The notes under the pieces were generated by a model. That model was not told the origin of the DNA and made no database searches. It saw only the letters and a list, made by a program, of their open reading frames with translations. From positions 26,226,001-26,290,000 of the forward strand of contig OZ365112.1 in the NCBI GenBank assembly GCA_977030845.1: 64,000 nucleotides of DNA, given 5' to 3'. A program made the position numbers and the translations under genes. This document shows, piece by piece, positions 50,216 through 64,000 of this stretch. Within the stretch, counting starts at the first letter, position 1. Every line of letters starts with the position of its first letter. Origin of the DNA: Fimbriosthenelais zetlandica. Taxonomy: Eukaryota.

Positions 50216-53200
50216 GTAGCCTCAGTTTAGTTGGATAAGCCCCTGATTAGGGTATTTATTTAACATTGGAACCACTTTAGAATGCAATCAAAATGTTGTC
50301 TCTGGGTGTATTTTCATCTTTGTTTCTCGTCTTACCAGATGTGCGATTGAGTTCATCTATCTAGTTCATTCATCCAGGATCAGATCTTGCTGATCCTAGT
50401 GAGCAGCTCTCACCCACCTATGGGACCCTTGATGAGTCCCCATCATTCTCTAGACTCCCTCCTTCCCTCCCCCTCACAGGTTCTCTTCTTCTCTCACTCC
50501 ATTCTCTCCCCCTCTCTCTGCTCTCTCATACTCTCTCTCTGTTTCTCTGTCTCTCTTCTCTTTCTGCATTCCACGAAGAGCAACCCCCCTACCCCACCCA
50601 TCCCTCCTAGCCCCCCAGTTCATCTATCATTTTAACATCCGTAAAACTTTCAGAGAAACTCTTGAGTCACACTTGTCATACCTCCCTCTATATTATAATG
50701 CCTGTACGCGCTATGAGGTGGAGATAATGGGTTGGTTACCTACTCTTATCAGACCTGACCTTTCAGAGATAACTAGATAACACCTTGCAACTTTTCATTC
50801 ATTTAGCTTTCCTTATTGTGCATGATGCAATCCTAAAATCAATTTTGCCCTATTTTAAAGTTCTGCATTCCATAGCCAAGAGGGTTTGATCATATATATG
50901 ACTAAGTACTATAGCATCATACGATAACACTTCCGTATATAGCATAACGTTTTCGTAATCAATGCAAGAGATGCACTAAATATGCAACCTCTATATATGA
51001 TCCAATGCTTGAAAAAATGTCTAATGACCAGCCCTCCAACATTGACGCATCAGTCGATGCATTCTCCCCCTGTCATAACAAGCGGATATATAGCTATATA
51101 TGTTATGAAACCAAGACCCTGTTATCTTTGGTGTGGATCCCGGATTCCGGATCCTTGTGGCTAGAGCTCCAGTGGAGTCCAGGTCTCTAAAGAGACTTCG
51201 ATCCCCACTAGAAGAATTGAATAATAATGCGACGCTCAGCTTCGATGGCTTTTTAGGTTGTTGTGGGTATCCTGTGGTTGCTACTTTTTATTGCATAGGT
51301 TGTTAATTTTTATTGTACAGATTTGTATTCATTTCACCGATTTCTGTGGACTTTACGTATAGAATAGGTTATTGTATATACTCGATTCAGGTTCGGTAAA
51401 CTTTCCTTTCCACAGCTACCATGGGTTTGCCGTGATAGCACCGGAAAAAGTTTCTGCAAACAGATGTTAGATAGAGTATTGGTATAGCGTCACCTGGTCG
51501 CTCATAGAACGGTACCCACTTAGTCAGCACCTACCTCCTCATACTACCTGTGTAGACTTGCCAACCTCCACACGCCTATTATTTTTTATTTCTTCATCAG
51601 ACGTATTTGACAGATTTTAAGTCGCTAATCATTTATTCAGAAAAGGACATGCGTTAAAAGTTTTTTTGCGTTTTTGAAATTCTACAGTTGATTTGGATTA
51701 ATTAGTTTGTACTGAAAATGGAAGGTCTAATGTAAATGCACCTGAAACACGAGTAATTTTTTTTAATGAAGATTCTGTTAACAAGATAACAACATTATAA
51801 TTCCACTCTCTAACCACATTCATGTTAGGATTTAAAACTTCATTTAAAACTTCAGATTTTTACTTCGTTTAAAGAAGTTCGCTCTTTTATAATATCAGGT
51901 AAAAACTTTTCAAATTTATTATGCTGTTAGCTATTATTCTCTCAGGGGTTATTTTTACTGGGCATTGCTGATAGGGAAAAGAGTATAAATAATTCCATCG
52001 TGTTAAGTCTGTAGGCCTTTTCGATGGTTTCTTTGTCATTTTGTCAAAAAATATCCCAACTGATTTTAAAACATCCATCCATCATTTGATGTTGGAAGTG
52101 GACGGGTACCACTTTCTATGCTTCTTTTCAAGTAACTTTCGACTTTAAAAAATCTTCCGTATTACATATGTCCTCTTAGCTTTTACCATCAAGTACGAAA
52201 TTACAGCAAAGTAAGAAATACGTTTACTGGAGAAAATGATGCCTAAAGAGTTGGAGTCGGTGCATGTGAAGGGTTGAGGCAGTGTGGAGTAATAATATTA
52301 TTGATCTCAAGTTTTCTTATCAGTCAAAATTCAGGAGTAATGGTGTTTCACAACTGGTTCCATGGATTTAGATACTTCTCATATCAATATGGGTCATGCC
52401 TCCATTGACTTTAACCACCACTTCAACCTTGCTTCAAATGAAAGTAAATTTATTTCTAAAATGGTTATTTCAAAGATATATTCCAACACAGATTTCCAAT
52501 ATTTTAACTAATAAACCAATGCAATATTTCACTTCAATATAACAGCATCTGCATTGAGTCAATGATATTGTGTCTGTAAATTGCATGCATATATGCATTT
52601 CCAGGCCAACGTATATAGAACGTAATACCTAAATAATGTCATATATAAAAAATTATTTAAAATATATAAACAAAATAAAGTAATTGCACTTTTAAATCCT
52701 TTTTTAACTCATATTACGATGTCAGGAAAACAAAATTAAAAGCTTTAAATCACTTTGCTAGTCTTGGCCAAGTCTTTACTAATTGTTGGTCTACAACCAA
52801 TATAAGTTTTCTCTCTTATCTGACTGGGGAGATAGATGATAATTTCTCTATACTAGGGGCTGAGGTAGGAATTTACTGGTAGGGATGCCTGGCTAGTCTA
52901 GTCCCAAACCTTAGTTGTCTGTGGTGAAAGTTCAGAGCGCTGAGATCATCACTAAACAAGGCCCTGACGCTACTGATTCGTGCTTATCAAAATATCACTC
53001 TGCCAAAGGACATAACTTTATTGTGTCGGACTATAGTGACTTGCACCTGCTACTGCTAACCTTTGTCCACCGCTGGTTCTCCATATTTGGAGCCCGGGGG
53101 GGAGCGTATATATAAAGCCTGAGTAAGAAAAATTCCAATACTCTCATTGGTGTGTGTTTTTGAGGACCATCCCCCAGGATATAAAGCACGTGATTAATTG

Positions 53201-54894
53201 AATATTAAGTACGAGTGCTGACTGCTTGTTAAGCTAAATTTACTGAGTCATGTTAATGACAGCTTATTCTAGAAATGAGCAGGGGAAATGTTCATGAATT
53301 GTTAATTCAGTTAACGAATTGGAATCTTGGATCTTTGCATAGATACAGTTTAGTTGCAATTTTTCCAACTATTCTTCCACTTTTCACTCGCTCTCTATCT
53401 ATCTGTCTGTCTGCCGGAGTTTCAACCTGTCTGTCTGGGTTTCTCCTCTCTGTCTCCCAGTTTCCCTCTCTCTGCTCCATCTCTCTCCCAGTCTCTCTCC
53501 CTTTCTCTCTCTCTGTCTCGCCCCCTCTCTCTCCATCTCTTTCTTTCTTTCTTTCTCCTTAAGATGAATATCTGTATTAATTGTAGAGAGAGTAGCAGTA
53601 GATGGGGGAGATGGCCTGAGATCCTGTTATTGTAGTTAATCTGTTTGAGTCCTACCTCATCTGCTGATTAAGAACATAGTAACATTATGAGTCATCAGCT
53701 TTCAGTTGGTTTTCCCAGAACTAACCTTACCTGGCTACATGAAAGGGAATGAATGATGATAGTTCTTAACAACAGCTCCATATTCTCTCATCCTACCACT
53801 GAGTGGTGAATTAACTTCATCCTCTACTCATTCACCCCACCTAGCTGCCAGCTCAGCTGAAATTGTCTGTCTCTCCTAATGAGGGATTATTACATAAATG
53901 TCGCCTAATCTTGCCCTCGTTGGCCCACAATTATTTCTCATTTAGATCATTGATGTATCCAATGATTTGCTTAGCTATTTGTTAGGATTTCTTTGCACCC
54001 CTTAAATTAATTTTATAGTATAAGGAAGTGAAATTTACTGACGTTTTATTTGATTTTTTTTGCGCTAGATACTCTATCACCAAATATAATTTTACGATTT
54101 AAAAAAAGGGAATTTCTTAATCAGATATTGTTTTTACATTGATTTTATTAATTTAAAAAGTCACTGGGTAAAAATTAATGTGATTTGAGGCTTACAATAA
54201 TGTTTGTTACCGTATATCGCCACTTTGTTTGTAGGCACTCTCTTGTACTTCCTTGTTGTCATTGTGTTACTTTTATTGACGTTTTTCATTGATAAGGACA
54301 GGGAAGTTAAATTGCTCCCTCACATTCCCCTCCCTTCCTTCTACATGTATGGCTGATATAGGGATCATCCCATGGAAGAACTTTTGCTTTCTAAATCATA
54401 TTTTTTCATCCCGTTTTTTTTTGTTATGATATTCTAACCACTGGTTCCTTATATGGGACCTCGATCCTGTTTTTAAATTCCTTGAATACTTTGCTTTTTG
54501 GTTTGCGGGAATCTTGGTAATCGTGATATCAGGATACATGTGGTAAACGGAAAGTTGCAGGATCATCTATAGAATTCATGTCACATATTGAAAAAAGACC
54601 ATCATGATAAAACATTAACTACAAGAAACTGCTTAAAACTTCAGAGTATCCGCACTCAGGAGTATTTTTAAAATTTCCTTATTTATATAAAAAAACAATT
54701 ATACATACATATTAAAAGTTGCACTCATTAAAAAAAATTGAGTTCTCTGCAATTATTTGAAGAAGACTAGCTTTCAATTACGTGACTGGGCCATCTGTTT
54801 GACCGAGTGAAGTAAACATGTATTGTGTAGAGACGATGTGGTGAGTTGTTGCTATACGTCTTTAATATAATGGGGTGATTTTATGTCTTTACAG

Positions 54895-54990
54895 GACCAT
54901 TCGGTGATCATGCGGCCAGTTGGCAGTCATTCCCATCACTACCTGGCACAGTCGCCCTCCCTCGACATGCAAGAACAGCCCCTCAACCTG
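54895..54990 (+). CDS. mafK: Small Maf internal exon (DHSVIMRPVGSHSHHYLAQSPSLDMQEQPLNL), phase 0-0
   Basis: Acceptor tgtctttacag and donor CTG|GTAAGT; exactly 96 nt, open, GC-rich against an AT-rich intron. Confidence 0.75.
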
Positions 54991-55914
54991 GTAAGTCCCT
55001 TATGTCATCTACCAATACTAATAATGAAGTTAAATGTCAAAAAATGCACTTAAAATAAAAAATACTTAAATGATATTTTTCAGTAAAACTACTGTGGGAT
55101 ATATAACTAAAAAAAAAAGGTTATTGGAGAATGAAATTAGCCTGGGAAATAATTAGGAATAGTATTGCACAGTGGGCGATTTAGGCGTTGCATGGGTAGC
55201 CACAACTTGGAAATGCTATAGTCGTACCACAATATGTATTTTCCCCCGCCCATATCATCATGTCATTCAATACAAAGTTCATCCTTTTTAGCTGAACCCG
55301 CCTTCCCTCACCAACACCCACCTTGCATATGTGTCAAATGTTGCTTAGTAGCTGAAACGAGCATAGAATGTAGCTGCCATGCTGCCAAAATGGTGCAAGC
55401 GACTCACAGAAACGTGTCTGCTTGGCATGATTATGCCTTTCCTAAAATAATTGGAGTTGGAACAACAGAGTCTGCCCATATTCTTGTCTTATGTATAGCG
55501 ACTCCACCCGAAGATTTGGAATCAATTTACACAGAGGGGCAAAGATATAAATCTCTTATTTTATTGGAGATGGTTAAAGTCAAAGTTAATTGTAGTAAAT
55601 TGGGAAGAATTTATCATGCAATTAAAAATAATGATCATGTGTGAAATTATTCCTAAATCTTATGATTCATGATTATCATAGTATGGACATAGTCCTTTGA
55701 TCGATTGTGGAAAGTTCATTTGGTAAACAATCCGAGTAGATTAGCAAGAATTTGATTCGCCACAATCTTCAAAAATATTATCGCAATTACTGTTGCATTT
55801 GCAAACGTGGCGAGTTGGTATTGCGACTACTGAGTCAGACTCAACTAATCGCCTCTAGATCATACGCGATAACATAAACATGTAACTTAAAATTTAAATT
55901 CCTGCGTTAGTTGA

Positions 55915-56106
55915 AACTGTTTTAAGGACGACCTAATTATATATAAGGGACCGTCCTTAAAATCTAACGTCTGTTAACATTAAGACATCTCTTAATGACA
56001 CTGTCCTTAATCCTCTGCCTATTTTACCGACGTTTGGCCTTAAATATGTAACGCAAAAACTCCTTAAATCTAGTTAACGATCTCTTTAATTGCAAACCGC
56101 ACCCCT
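55915..56106. mobile_element. Probable MITE fragment with internal TTAAGGA-type inverted repeats
   Basis: Perfect 11-bp inverted pair ttttaaggacg/cgtccttaaaa, repeated ccttaa motifs, and end tgcaaaccgcacccct. Matching left end not found. Confidence 0.35.
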
Positions 56107-59100
56107 AGTACGGTTTACTATATCCCAAAACGTCATGAACCGTTTACTTAAAGATCATCTATATTGTATACGCCCACTTTTAATTTCGTGGCCCTTATCC
56201 AAATAATGTTTTCTAGACATGATAATCCTTAGTAGGCATTTTTATCAAGATGTCCATCAAGAGATTCATCCGTTTCTATCAATTCTTCAAGTTTACTTTT
56301 GCCCATAATGGCTGTTTAACCAGGTCAGCTTGAACATTTTGATGTCATACTGCACATATCTTATTGAGGTAATTGACCATTTCCACGTGTAATTGTTGCT
56401 TCTGGAAGATACAGTCTTAATTAGTCAGGATGAAACTTAAGCCCTTATTAAAATTAAAATGCCTGAGAGGGAAAATTGAGTTTCTCAGAAGTTAATATAT
56501 TTCTAAGTCCCCGCCATAGCTAGTGTTCAGCCAACTATAATAGTGGCCAGCACTTTTCTCAAAAAAACATTTTGAAGGAAAGTTTAGGAAAGTGAAAGAT
56601 CACTCCCCCATGGTGTCAAAAATGTATACACATACATTCTTCAGTTAAAAATGCGCAGACAAATTGATATCTCAGCATTTGAGCCCAGTTATTTTTTCTC
56701 CAATAAGGATCAAGTTAGTAGAACATTACCTAGTCTAGATAATAGAAATATCCGGAATCTCGACCTGTTAGAACTGTCAAGACATGATCTTCTAGGTCCA
56801 GATGTGGTATGGTTGGGTGTTACCTTACCATATTCTGTGTTATGTATGACACTCATTGATATAGATATACGCGATGCATGGGGCAGGCCAGCGGATATGT
56901 ATTTATATTCTTACCAAAGCAATAATGAAAAATATTGTTCTCCGAAACTCAAATGATTTTCAAAGCTTCAGGGGAAAAACTGGCTTCCCAGACACTTAGC
57001 CATTTAAAAATGCAGTATATAGTTTCTTTGTGAAATAAATTATAGCATAGAATTTTGAAATGGTCCAAGATATGTATCTTGATATTTATCTTGAGGTTGA
57101 AGTATTTCTGTTATAGTTTGATGCATTTTGTTGTAATATATTGTTGCAAGGTTGGCTGGTTTACGTATGTATCACTGTCCCTGCATCACAATGTCAGTGA
57201 AGAACTCCTGATGTGAGGCCTCATCTCTAGTCTCTAACCTCCTTTTGAGAGATCTATACCTTTTATGCCCTTGTTGCACGCAGTTCTGGCTTTGCTGAAC
57301 ATTTGTAATGAAAATTGTCAGATTCTCAAAGCCCATATGAAATATGTCGTCCGAAACCGAAACTCAAAAAGGATCAACTTATTTTTATTTTTTTGTTTGT
57401 TGGGGGATGGGTAATGGGTGTGCGAGGAATTCTTTAGTTAGTAAAAGCTTGAACATTATAGCTACACAAAAGTAACATATTGTATTTCTCTACAATATAT
57501 ATCATATACAAATGCCAGGATGTATATATGATGACGTGTTTCTGGCTGGATTTCCGTGCGGAACAAATGAAAGAGTTCTGGTCATTACAGCGTAAATCAT
57601 CAGCTGCTGGCTGTCTCACCTTAGGGGAGAGTAGAAGGGGTGTCTCCCCATCATAGGAGAGGAGGACTAACCTCGCACCTCTGGCAGGGCTCCTTCTTAA
57701 TAAGTTCTTTGTGTGGCCGACTGAAATGTGTTAAAATATGTGCCCCGTTTCACCCCGCCATCCCGATTAGTTGCTGAACCAGTGAAAAGATAGGGGGCCA
57801 ATTTACGCACCTCGCCCTCCCCCTGTTCATTGATATACATGTACTCCCCCTAAACTGGTTTGCAAACCCCTGATTTATGTCCCTGTGTATACATTTTCAC
57901 GACACCCCTGGAAGCTTTTGTATTTTGGGGGGACAAGTTTTTCTTACTTTTATAATTAAGGGAGTTCTTTTGGTTGCGTTTTAATAACTTGCTCATTTCC
58001 AAATGGCAGATCAAATTATTTTAGAAAATGCCTATAATGCAGAATCTGTTTTGCTAAAGTTTTTGCTACGTGGGATAGGTATCAGGTAGTACTGGGTGGG
58101 GTTGAAACCAAATTTAATTGGCTTTTTTTTCTATACTTGGAGAGCTGGAACCATAATTGTGACCATGTACCATGGTGTCTTTCTTGGAAGAAAACAGTGG
58201 TTATATAAATCAGAGAACTTCCCTTGTAATTTGAGACCGAAGTTTTCTGCCGACGCAACAGATTCAGCTCTTCTTTACGAGATGTGATACAAAAGCTTTA
58301 GAATTGCCTCATCGAGGAAGTTTATTTTGTGTTAGGTTTTTCATTACAGTCTTGTCAATGTTATGCGAAAGAATCAGAAACTGCCATTTGTCAAATGTGG
58401 AGTCGCGATTGGATATTTATTATAGCTAAGCAAATCCTTGCAATTGAACACCCCTGATGTTTGCAAATGCGAAATAAATTGAATTATCTGGCCATGATCT
58501 TGACACATTATGCATCCGAACAAAACACACTTCTGGCAGGTAATTATAGGAATTTATTCAAATATTTCAAGCGCTTGATTCTTGCAAACTGGTTCGGCCG
58601 GGGGCTCATTCCAATGAAATTGACGTTTATGACATTATACCGAAAGAGATAATGCTAATTGTTAGGTTTAAAGAAATTATCCCAGGCTGTCTGTCATGAC
58701 ATGTACCACAGAACCGTCCATCATTAAGTCAGCCGGCAAACTGTGACATTTTAAACACTAGTTACCGCCATCAGTCACTTTGTACCTGTGTTCAAAATTA
58801 TTTTATATTGCCCTGGTTTAAATATGAGTACTTTCTGAACTTTTTTAGCTTTGAAATCAAATATGGTATGCTTTCAAAAAATGAAAGGGAATCAGTATCC
58901 ATTATCTTTTTATTGTCACAGTATACCAGTATAACTTTTAATGTTATCAAAGATCTTTACAATCAATATAGATCATACACTTTTCTAGTTTCTATGTGGT
59001 TGATAGAATAGTGGACAGCTCTGGGTTGACTAGCTGCTCTTGACAGACCATCTCAAGCCCTGCCATCGTCAGTGATATATAAGTCACCGTCTGTCAGGCT

Positions 59101-59631
59101 TCACCTCACAGCCTGGTCATTCAGCTCTCACCTCAGCTGGGTCACAGTGCTGACCTGGCTACCCAAAACTGTTAACTCCACTACTTTATTTCTTGCCGCT
59201 CTACTTACTGTGAAAGCATGACAAAGTATCTGGCCTCACCACTCAGCAAAAGCCACCGCGTCCCCCACACCACCACACGCACTCACACACACACGCCCTT
59301 TTCACGTTTGAGCTCCCAAATGTTATTTCGCCGTCGGAAGGAGAATTTTATGTCCATGTAGGGAGTAAAGCAAGCACTAGCCATGCAAAAACCATGGGCT
59401 TTCCCCGTATCGCATAAGGGCCTACCTTGTATGCCCTCAGCTGCGCCTTGCAGGGGAGCTTTGGACATGAAAGACTTGTTGTGTGTTTGCGCGACAACTA
59501 AAATCATGATTGATACGTTTTCTGTTCACTCAAAGAGTGAGGCGGGATATGTTAAATATGCGAAAGAAAGGAATTTGTATTGCTTCGTCTTGGAAAGGGT
59601 GCGCAGAGAGCGTGAAGTCGACATAAAAATA

Positions 59632-59646
59632 ATGAAAAGTTGGAAG
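59632..59646 (+). CDS. mafK: Small Maf, candidate proximal first coding exon (MKSWK; frame also open from 59383)
   Basis: AAG|GTATAG donor at 59646/59647 in phase 0. TATA-like tatataag at 59076. The join gives ...K|VKKE, as in vertebrate small Mafs. Confidence 0.3.
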
Positions 59647-59828
59647 GTATAGGTGGAAAATGAGCTTAGGCTCATGTGGTGGGGCAGTGCACCGTGACAG
59701 GGATTGCCAGGTGTAACTAAGAGTTCACTACATTTTCTGAGGGATGCTTCTAGAAGCAAATTCTTTCATATTCAAATTTACCACCTGTATATTTTTTGTA
59801 AAAAAACTTTTCTCTGCATACCTTTCTA

Positions 59829-60152
59829 TGAAATTTATCGCTACAGTTTAGTGAAATGTATCGCTACAGTTTTGTGGAATATATCGCTACAAGTTTGTAA
59901 AATGTTTCACTACGAGTTTTGTGAAATGTTTCGCTACAAGTTTTGTTAAATGTTTCACTACAAGTTTGTGAAATGTTTCGCTACAGTTTTGTGAAATGTA
60001 TCGCTACAAGTTTTTGAAATGTGTCGCTACAGTTTTGTGAAATGTATCGCTACAATTTTGTGAAATGTTTCGTTACAGTTTTAGGAAATGTTTCGCTACA
60101 AGTTTTGTGAAATGTTTCGCTACAGTTTTGTGAAATGTATCGCTACAGTTTT
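59829..60152. repeat. 23-bp minisatellite (tgaaatgtttcgctacagttttg), 14 copies
   Basis: Counted directly; ends ~18 nt before the bZIP exon acceptor. Confidence 0.95.
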
Positions 60153-60170
60153 AACTTTCTCGTTCTCTAG

Positions 60171-60683
60171 GTGAAGAAGGAGGATTGCTCAGGATCAGAC
60201 AGTGGTTCCTGTGGCAGTGCTTCCCCCTCCCAGTCCTCCCTCATCCACCCTCTCCTCGACAACAGCCAATCAGTGGGCCACCCTAGTGAGATCTCTGACG
60301 ATCAACTCGTCTCACTCAGCGTCCGGGAACTCAACCGCCTGCTGCGCGGCCTCACCAAGGACGAGGTGGTCAAACTGAAACAGAGGCGCCGCACCTTGAA
60401 AAACCGAGGTTACGCCGCCAGCTGTCGTGAAAAGAGGATATCGCAACGAGAGGAGCTGGAAGTGGAGCGGTCCGTGCTGCGGCGCGAAGTGGACCGCCTT
60501 CAACAGGAAAACCAAGATGTCCGACAAGAACTCTGTTTACTTCAGGAAAAATATAAAACTCTCAAATCATATGCCCATAGTCAGCTCAACAACAATAATA
60601 ACAACAGCAGCAGCAACAGCGACAACAATAAAAATCACAGTGTGCCCATCGTGACGATCGTGGAGAAGGAGAATTGTAAATGA
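60171..60683 (+). CDS. mafK: Small Maf (MafK/MafG/Maf-S type) bZIP transcription factor, terminal coding exon
   Basis: Acceptor ttctcgttctctag|GTG. Extended homology region [25 protein letters not shown]. Basic region [21 protein letters not shown] with small-Maf-type QRRR/YAAS (large Mafs have QKRR/YAQS), followed by a leucine zipper. One-to-one orthology to MafK vs MafG/MafF cannot be assigned. Confidence 0.93.
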   Translation: MKKEDCSGSDSGSCGSASPSQSSLIHPLLDNSQSVGHPSEISDDQLVSLSVRELNRLLRGLTKDEVVKLKQRRRTLKNRGYAASCREKRISQREELEVERSVLRREVDRLQQENQDVRQELCLLQEKYKTLKSYAHSQLNNNNNNSSSNSDNNKNHSVPIVTIVEKENCK

Positions 60684-63600
60684 AGGAAGACTCGCCACCA
60701 CGACGACGACTGTCCTTGCTTTGACCTTGCCACTCATTGAGATACATGAGATGCCATCTCTACCAGCATGGCCTGTACCAGCTTTGTTGGACACCACACT
60801 GGACACCTGGAACTGGACTGGAAGACAAACGTTCAGGCTTCACCTCCACTTGAGGCGGTGCAAGCAATAGTGGCTTGACATTGAGAGAACAGGAGAGAGA
60901 CAGAGAGGAGGACAGAGAAAATCATGTATACATGTTCTCCCAAACTTGTACAAAAAAAAATATTTAAAAAAATGCCGGGGTTGAACTGTATTGGAAAGCT
61001 TAACTGCTTAGGAAGATATGATGGTTTATGATTGCTTTAGGCTTTAGGGACTGACCATGTGTATAACGGTACAATCAGTGATGATCACTGTGACTAATGT
61101 TGATTGGTTCAGCGTGCTATTTTACCATTCCAAGGTAATGTGAGGGTATATTAACAGTATTTGAAAGAGACTGAGACTGGAGAAAAAGCTCTTCAATAGC
61201 AACTGACCAGTGTTGACGGTGTCTCTCGGTGAAGAAAGCATTCCTGTTCAGTGTTTTGGCTGGATTGTTATCCAGTGTTGAGACGCAGTGAAAAAAAAAT
61301 GAACACAATCTATCGTGAGGATAATTGTGCCATCCAATCATAACTAACCAATGTGTATCACCTAAATCTTCTTGTCTTTTTTTGTCATCTTAAAACATTA
61401 CATTGGATCATATTCTCATCTTGTCTTGAATATACTTCACTTGAAATAGTCCTCAGATGACTAGTATAGATTGTGTATATAATATAAAGGTATATATATA
61501 TATATATCATACATTAATATACTCAGATTGGTAGAATGCCCATCACTGCAGATAGTATAAAATGATAATGTCATCATTTCTGCCTCATCTTTTTAGAGAA
61601 GACCATAGACAATTATACTAGTTGAACGTAGAGTATTTGCTAATGCTTAGGATCATTAATCTTAAGTGTATTATAACCCATTAAGTGTATCATATATATT
61701 ATGTAAGACAGAATTTCCATGTATCTCGGACCGGTTCCCTTAGTATTTCGGGTAGCCACGTGTGTCCCACCAGTCGTTGATTTGTGCCACTGGCCTTTCG
61801 TTTTTGCCAAGGTCCAAGTGTCAGAGGGAAAAGAGCCATTTAGTTAGCATTTGCACTCACTGAAGTGCCTCGACCTTTGAATTTAACATTGTACATACAG
61901 CATTGTAGATATGGATTTTTCAAACAAGGTAGATTACTATATTCCACCTGCTTGACGGCGGTATATATAGGTTTGTCATACCGTTTGGGGACATAGCATC
62001 CAAGAGAAAGTTAACATTCCTTACGTTCGTAAGCAGCATTTGAAACCGTACAAAGCTAGAGTCAAATGCTTTTCAAAGTGCCATATGTAGTCAGATAGAC
62101 CTAGTGAGGAGGCAGTTGTAGTTTGCTGAATAACCAGGGTAATGATTGAATTTTGTGTGACAGAGGAAAAAAACCATTTCCTATCTTTATTCTTTCTTCA
62201 GGGTAACTTGCTCCATTCTCGCTCCTATAGCCATGCCCGGGGAAGGCATGTTTTCCCTAATATTTTGGGAACTAACCTTTTTGGGAACAATTCCTTGAAT
62301 TCTGTTTTATTTTCTCAACCGATTTCCCGTCGGTTTTGTTTATTTATTGCATGGAAGGAACCGTCTCTTTCTAGTTGATATTTGACTGCTATGTAGAAGG
62401 TAGTAGTCTTTGATAGATTTGGAATCAGCTGCTCTTGCCTTTCTGCCCTTTGCTCCTGTATTTACTTACTAGTGGTGAGCATCTTTTAGTGACAGAATGC
62501 GTGCTGCAAGTTGAGACAAACTGCACTGCAAGCTGGTGCTGTTAGCTTATAATAGACACAGGATATAATCCTGTTAACTTAGCTGTGTGATAAACAAATA
62601 GAGAAATGATATTGTCTACTGTTGCACTTGAAGATATTTAAACAAAAAAATGAAAGAAAATCCTGATAAATGAGACAGGAGTTTGTATGAAAGATGCGGC
62701 CACTGACTTTGTCCTCCGGGCTGACTGATTTGCTTTTGATTGATTAGTGGTTGGAAATTTTTGCGGGGTGGCAAGAAATGGTTTATTAACAATTGAACTA
62801 GGTCTGTCTGAACGTTCTTCATTGAAGTATGTATATATATACACGGGTGAAATGTGAATTTCTTGCCCGCGATGATTTTTTGTACATTAGCAGGTGTACA
62901 TAATGAATAAGAGATTTAAGTAGATTGTCATAGCAATATATAGGTGATACATAATGCACGAGGCGCCATTGAACGTCAAGTCTTTTTTGGTCTTCTCCAT
63001 AAGAAAGACCTTCTGATCTTTAGCAGTGACATTTGGCTCTTGGTGGCAAATTCATTTCTTCAGATTTTGAAAGAGAATTGTGTACATGTACATGTATAAA
63101 TACATTATGTATATCTTCACTTTTACTGAAGGGCGTCCAGGTTCTCTTGGTATCAGATTTTACATGCTTTACGCTAGGAAATTGTCGCAGTTTTGTGACT
63201 TTGTATAAATGATACAGACTGAAAAAAAATCTGAAATACATCATTTGCTCTCTGCTTGTCGAAAGGGCCTCTTTGTTAAAAATGGCCATAGAGGTTGTGT
63301 TTTGTCTTTGGAGAGAAAGGCCTTATTGAATAACTCGGTTTGTGAGCAGGGCCCAAAAGGTCCTTGGTTATTTGAAAGGACCCTGAGGGCCCTGTTCCTT
63401 CCTCCCATGCTAACTGCAGTAAGGTACCACGCACAACAAAGACGACGGACTCGAGTTCCTCCTCTCAGGCTAAGACTCGTAGTCCATAGTAGACACACTT
63501 CACACACACAATAATATTCTAGCCCCTGGACTAGTATTGCCCTCGGCCTATTGTCTCTTCCATATAAGGATTATATAAGAAGTTTGTGCCATGTGTGTTC

Positions 63601-64000
63601 ATGTGTTTTGACGTGCCTCCACTGCCTTATAGGTACCAGCAAGCATGTGGCTCCCCACTGGTTTCTTTCTAAAGCTAACTCAAGTGATCCATCACTTCCG
63701 AGCTGGGTATATTGTCAAGCTATACACACTGGTGTTTGGGTAAAATGAAATTGCGGGTATTTTTGCCTAGATGCCACACCAGCCATGTGAAATATAATAT
63801 TTATGAAAAAAAAGGATTGATCAGCAAATTTGTCTCCATTTATTGAAAGCCCTGGATGTAAAGGGGGCTACTTCCATGTAGTGTTTTAATTATTTATGAC
63901 TCTGGCACTTTATTCGTTTATTTATGACCTTTATAACTATAGAATGATTGTGTATGTACTGAGGCTAGCACTTTGTGAAGAAAGTTTGTGTTTGCATGAA

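Noticed and set aside
59383-59631. Long N-terminal extension (MQKPWAF...) of the proximal Maf exon as a real protein segment
   Set aside because: Composition is unremarkable and AT-rich with no motif; it cannot be distinguished from a chance open frame.
60312-60806. Overlapping or antisense ORFs at the bZIP exon
   Set aside because: Shadow ORFs of a GC-rich coding exon.

Overview
AT-rich animal genomic DNA, probably from an invertebrate (large introns, tRNA-derived SINE heads, MITEs, microsatellites; taxon not determinable from sequence alone). No prokaryotic features or CRISPR. (1) 1-12.1 kb is repeat-dense: a patchwork degenerate repeat, a MITE with 19-bp TIRs, and a ~400-bp tandem array with a three-monomer higher-order repeat, flanked by inverted arms carrying outward-facing tRNA-like Pol III heads. 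(2) At 16.3-20 kb are two tandem plus-strand paralogues with single-exon CDSs encoding 4-TM proteins with PPxY tails, each built from a duplicated 2-TM hairpin. (3) A CpG-richer, possibly bidirectional promoter lies at ~35.3-36.1 kb. (4) A small-Maf bZIP gene (MafK/MafG type) has its bZIP exon at 60171-60683. Hand-splicing gives up to three phase-0 alternative first coding exons and a shared exon that creates a CtBP-type PLNLV motif overlapping the VKKE SUMO site. (5) Weak evidence suggests a minus-strand gene with a signal-peptide exon at 13.3-13.4 kb. Most six-frame ORFs are spurious. All alignments and splice models were done by eye.
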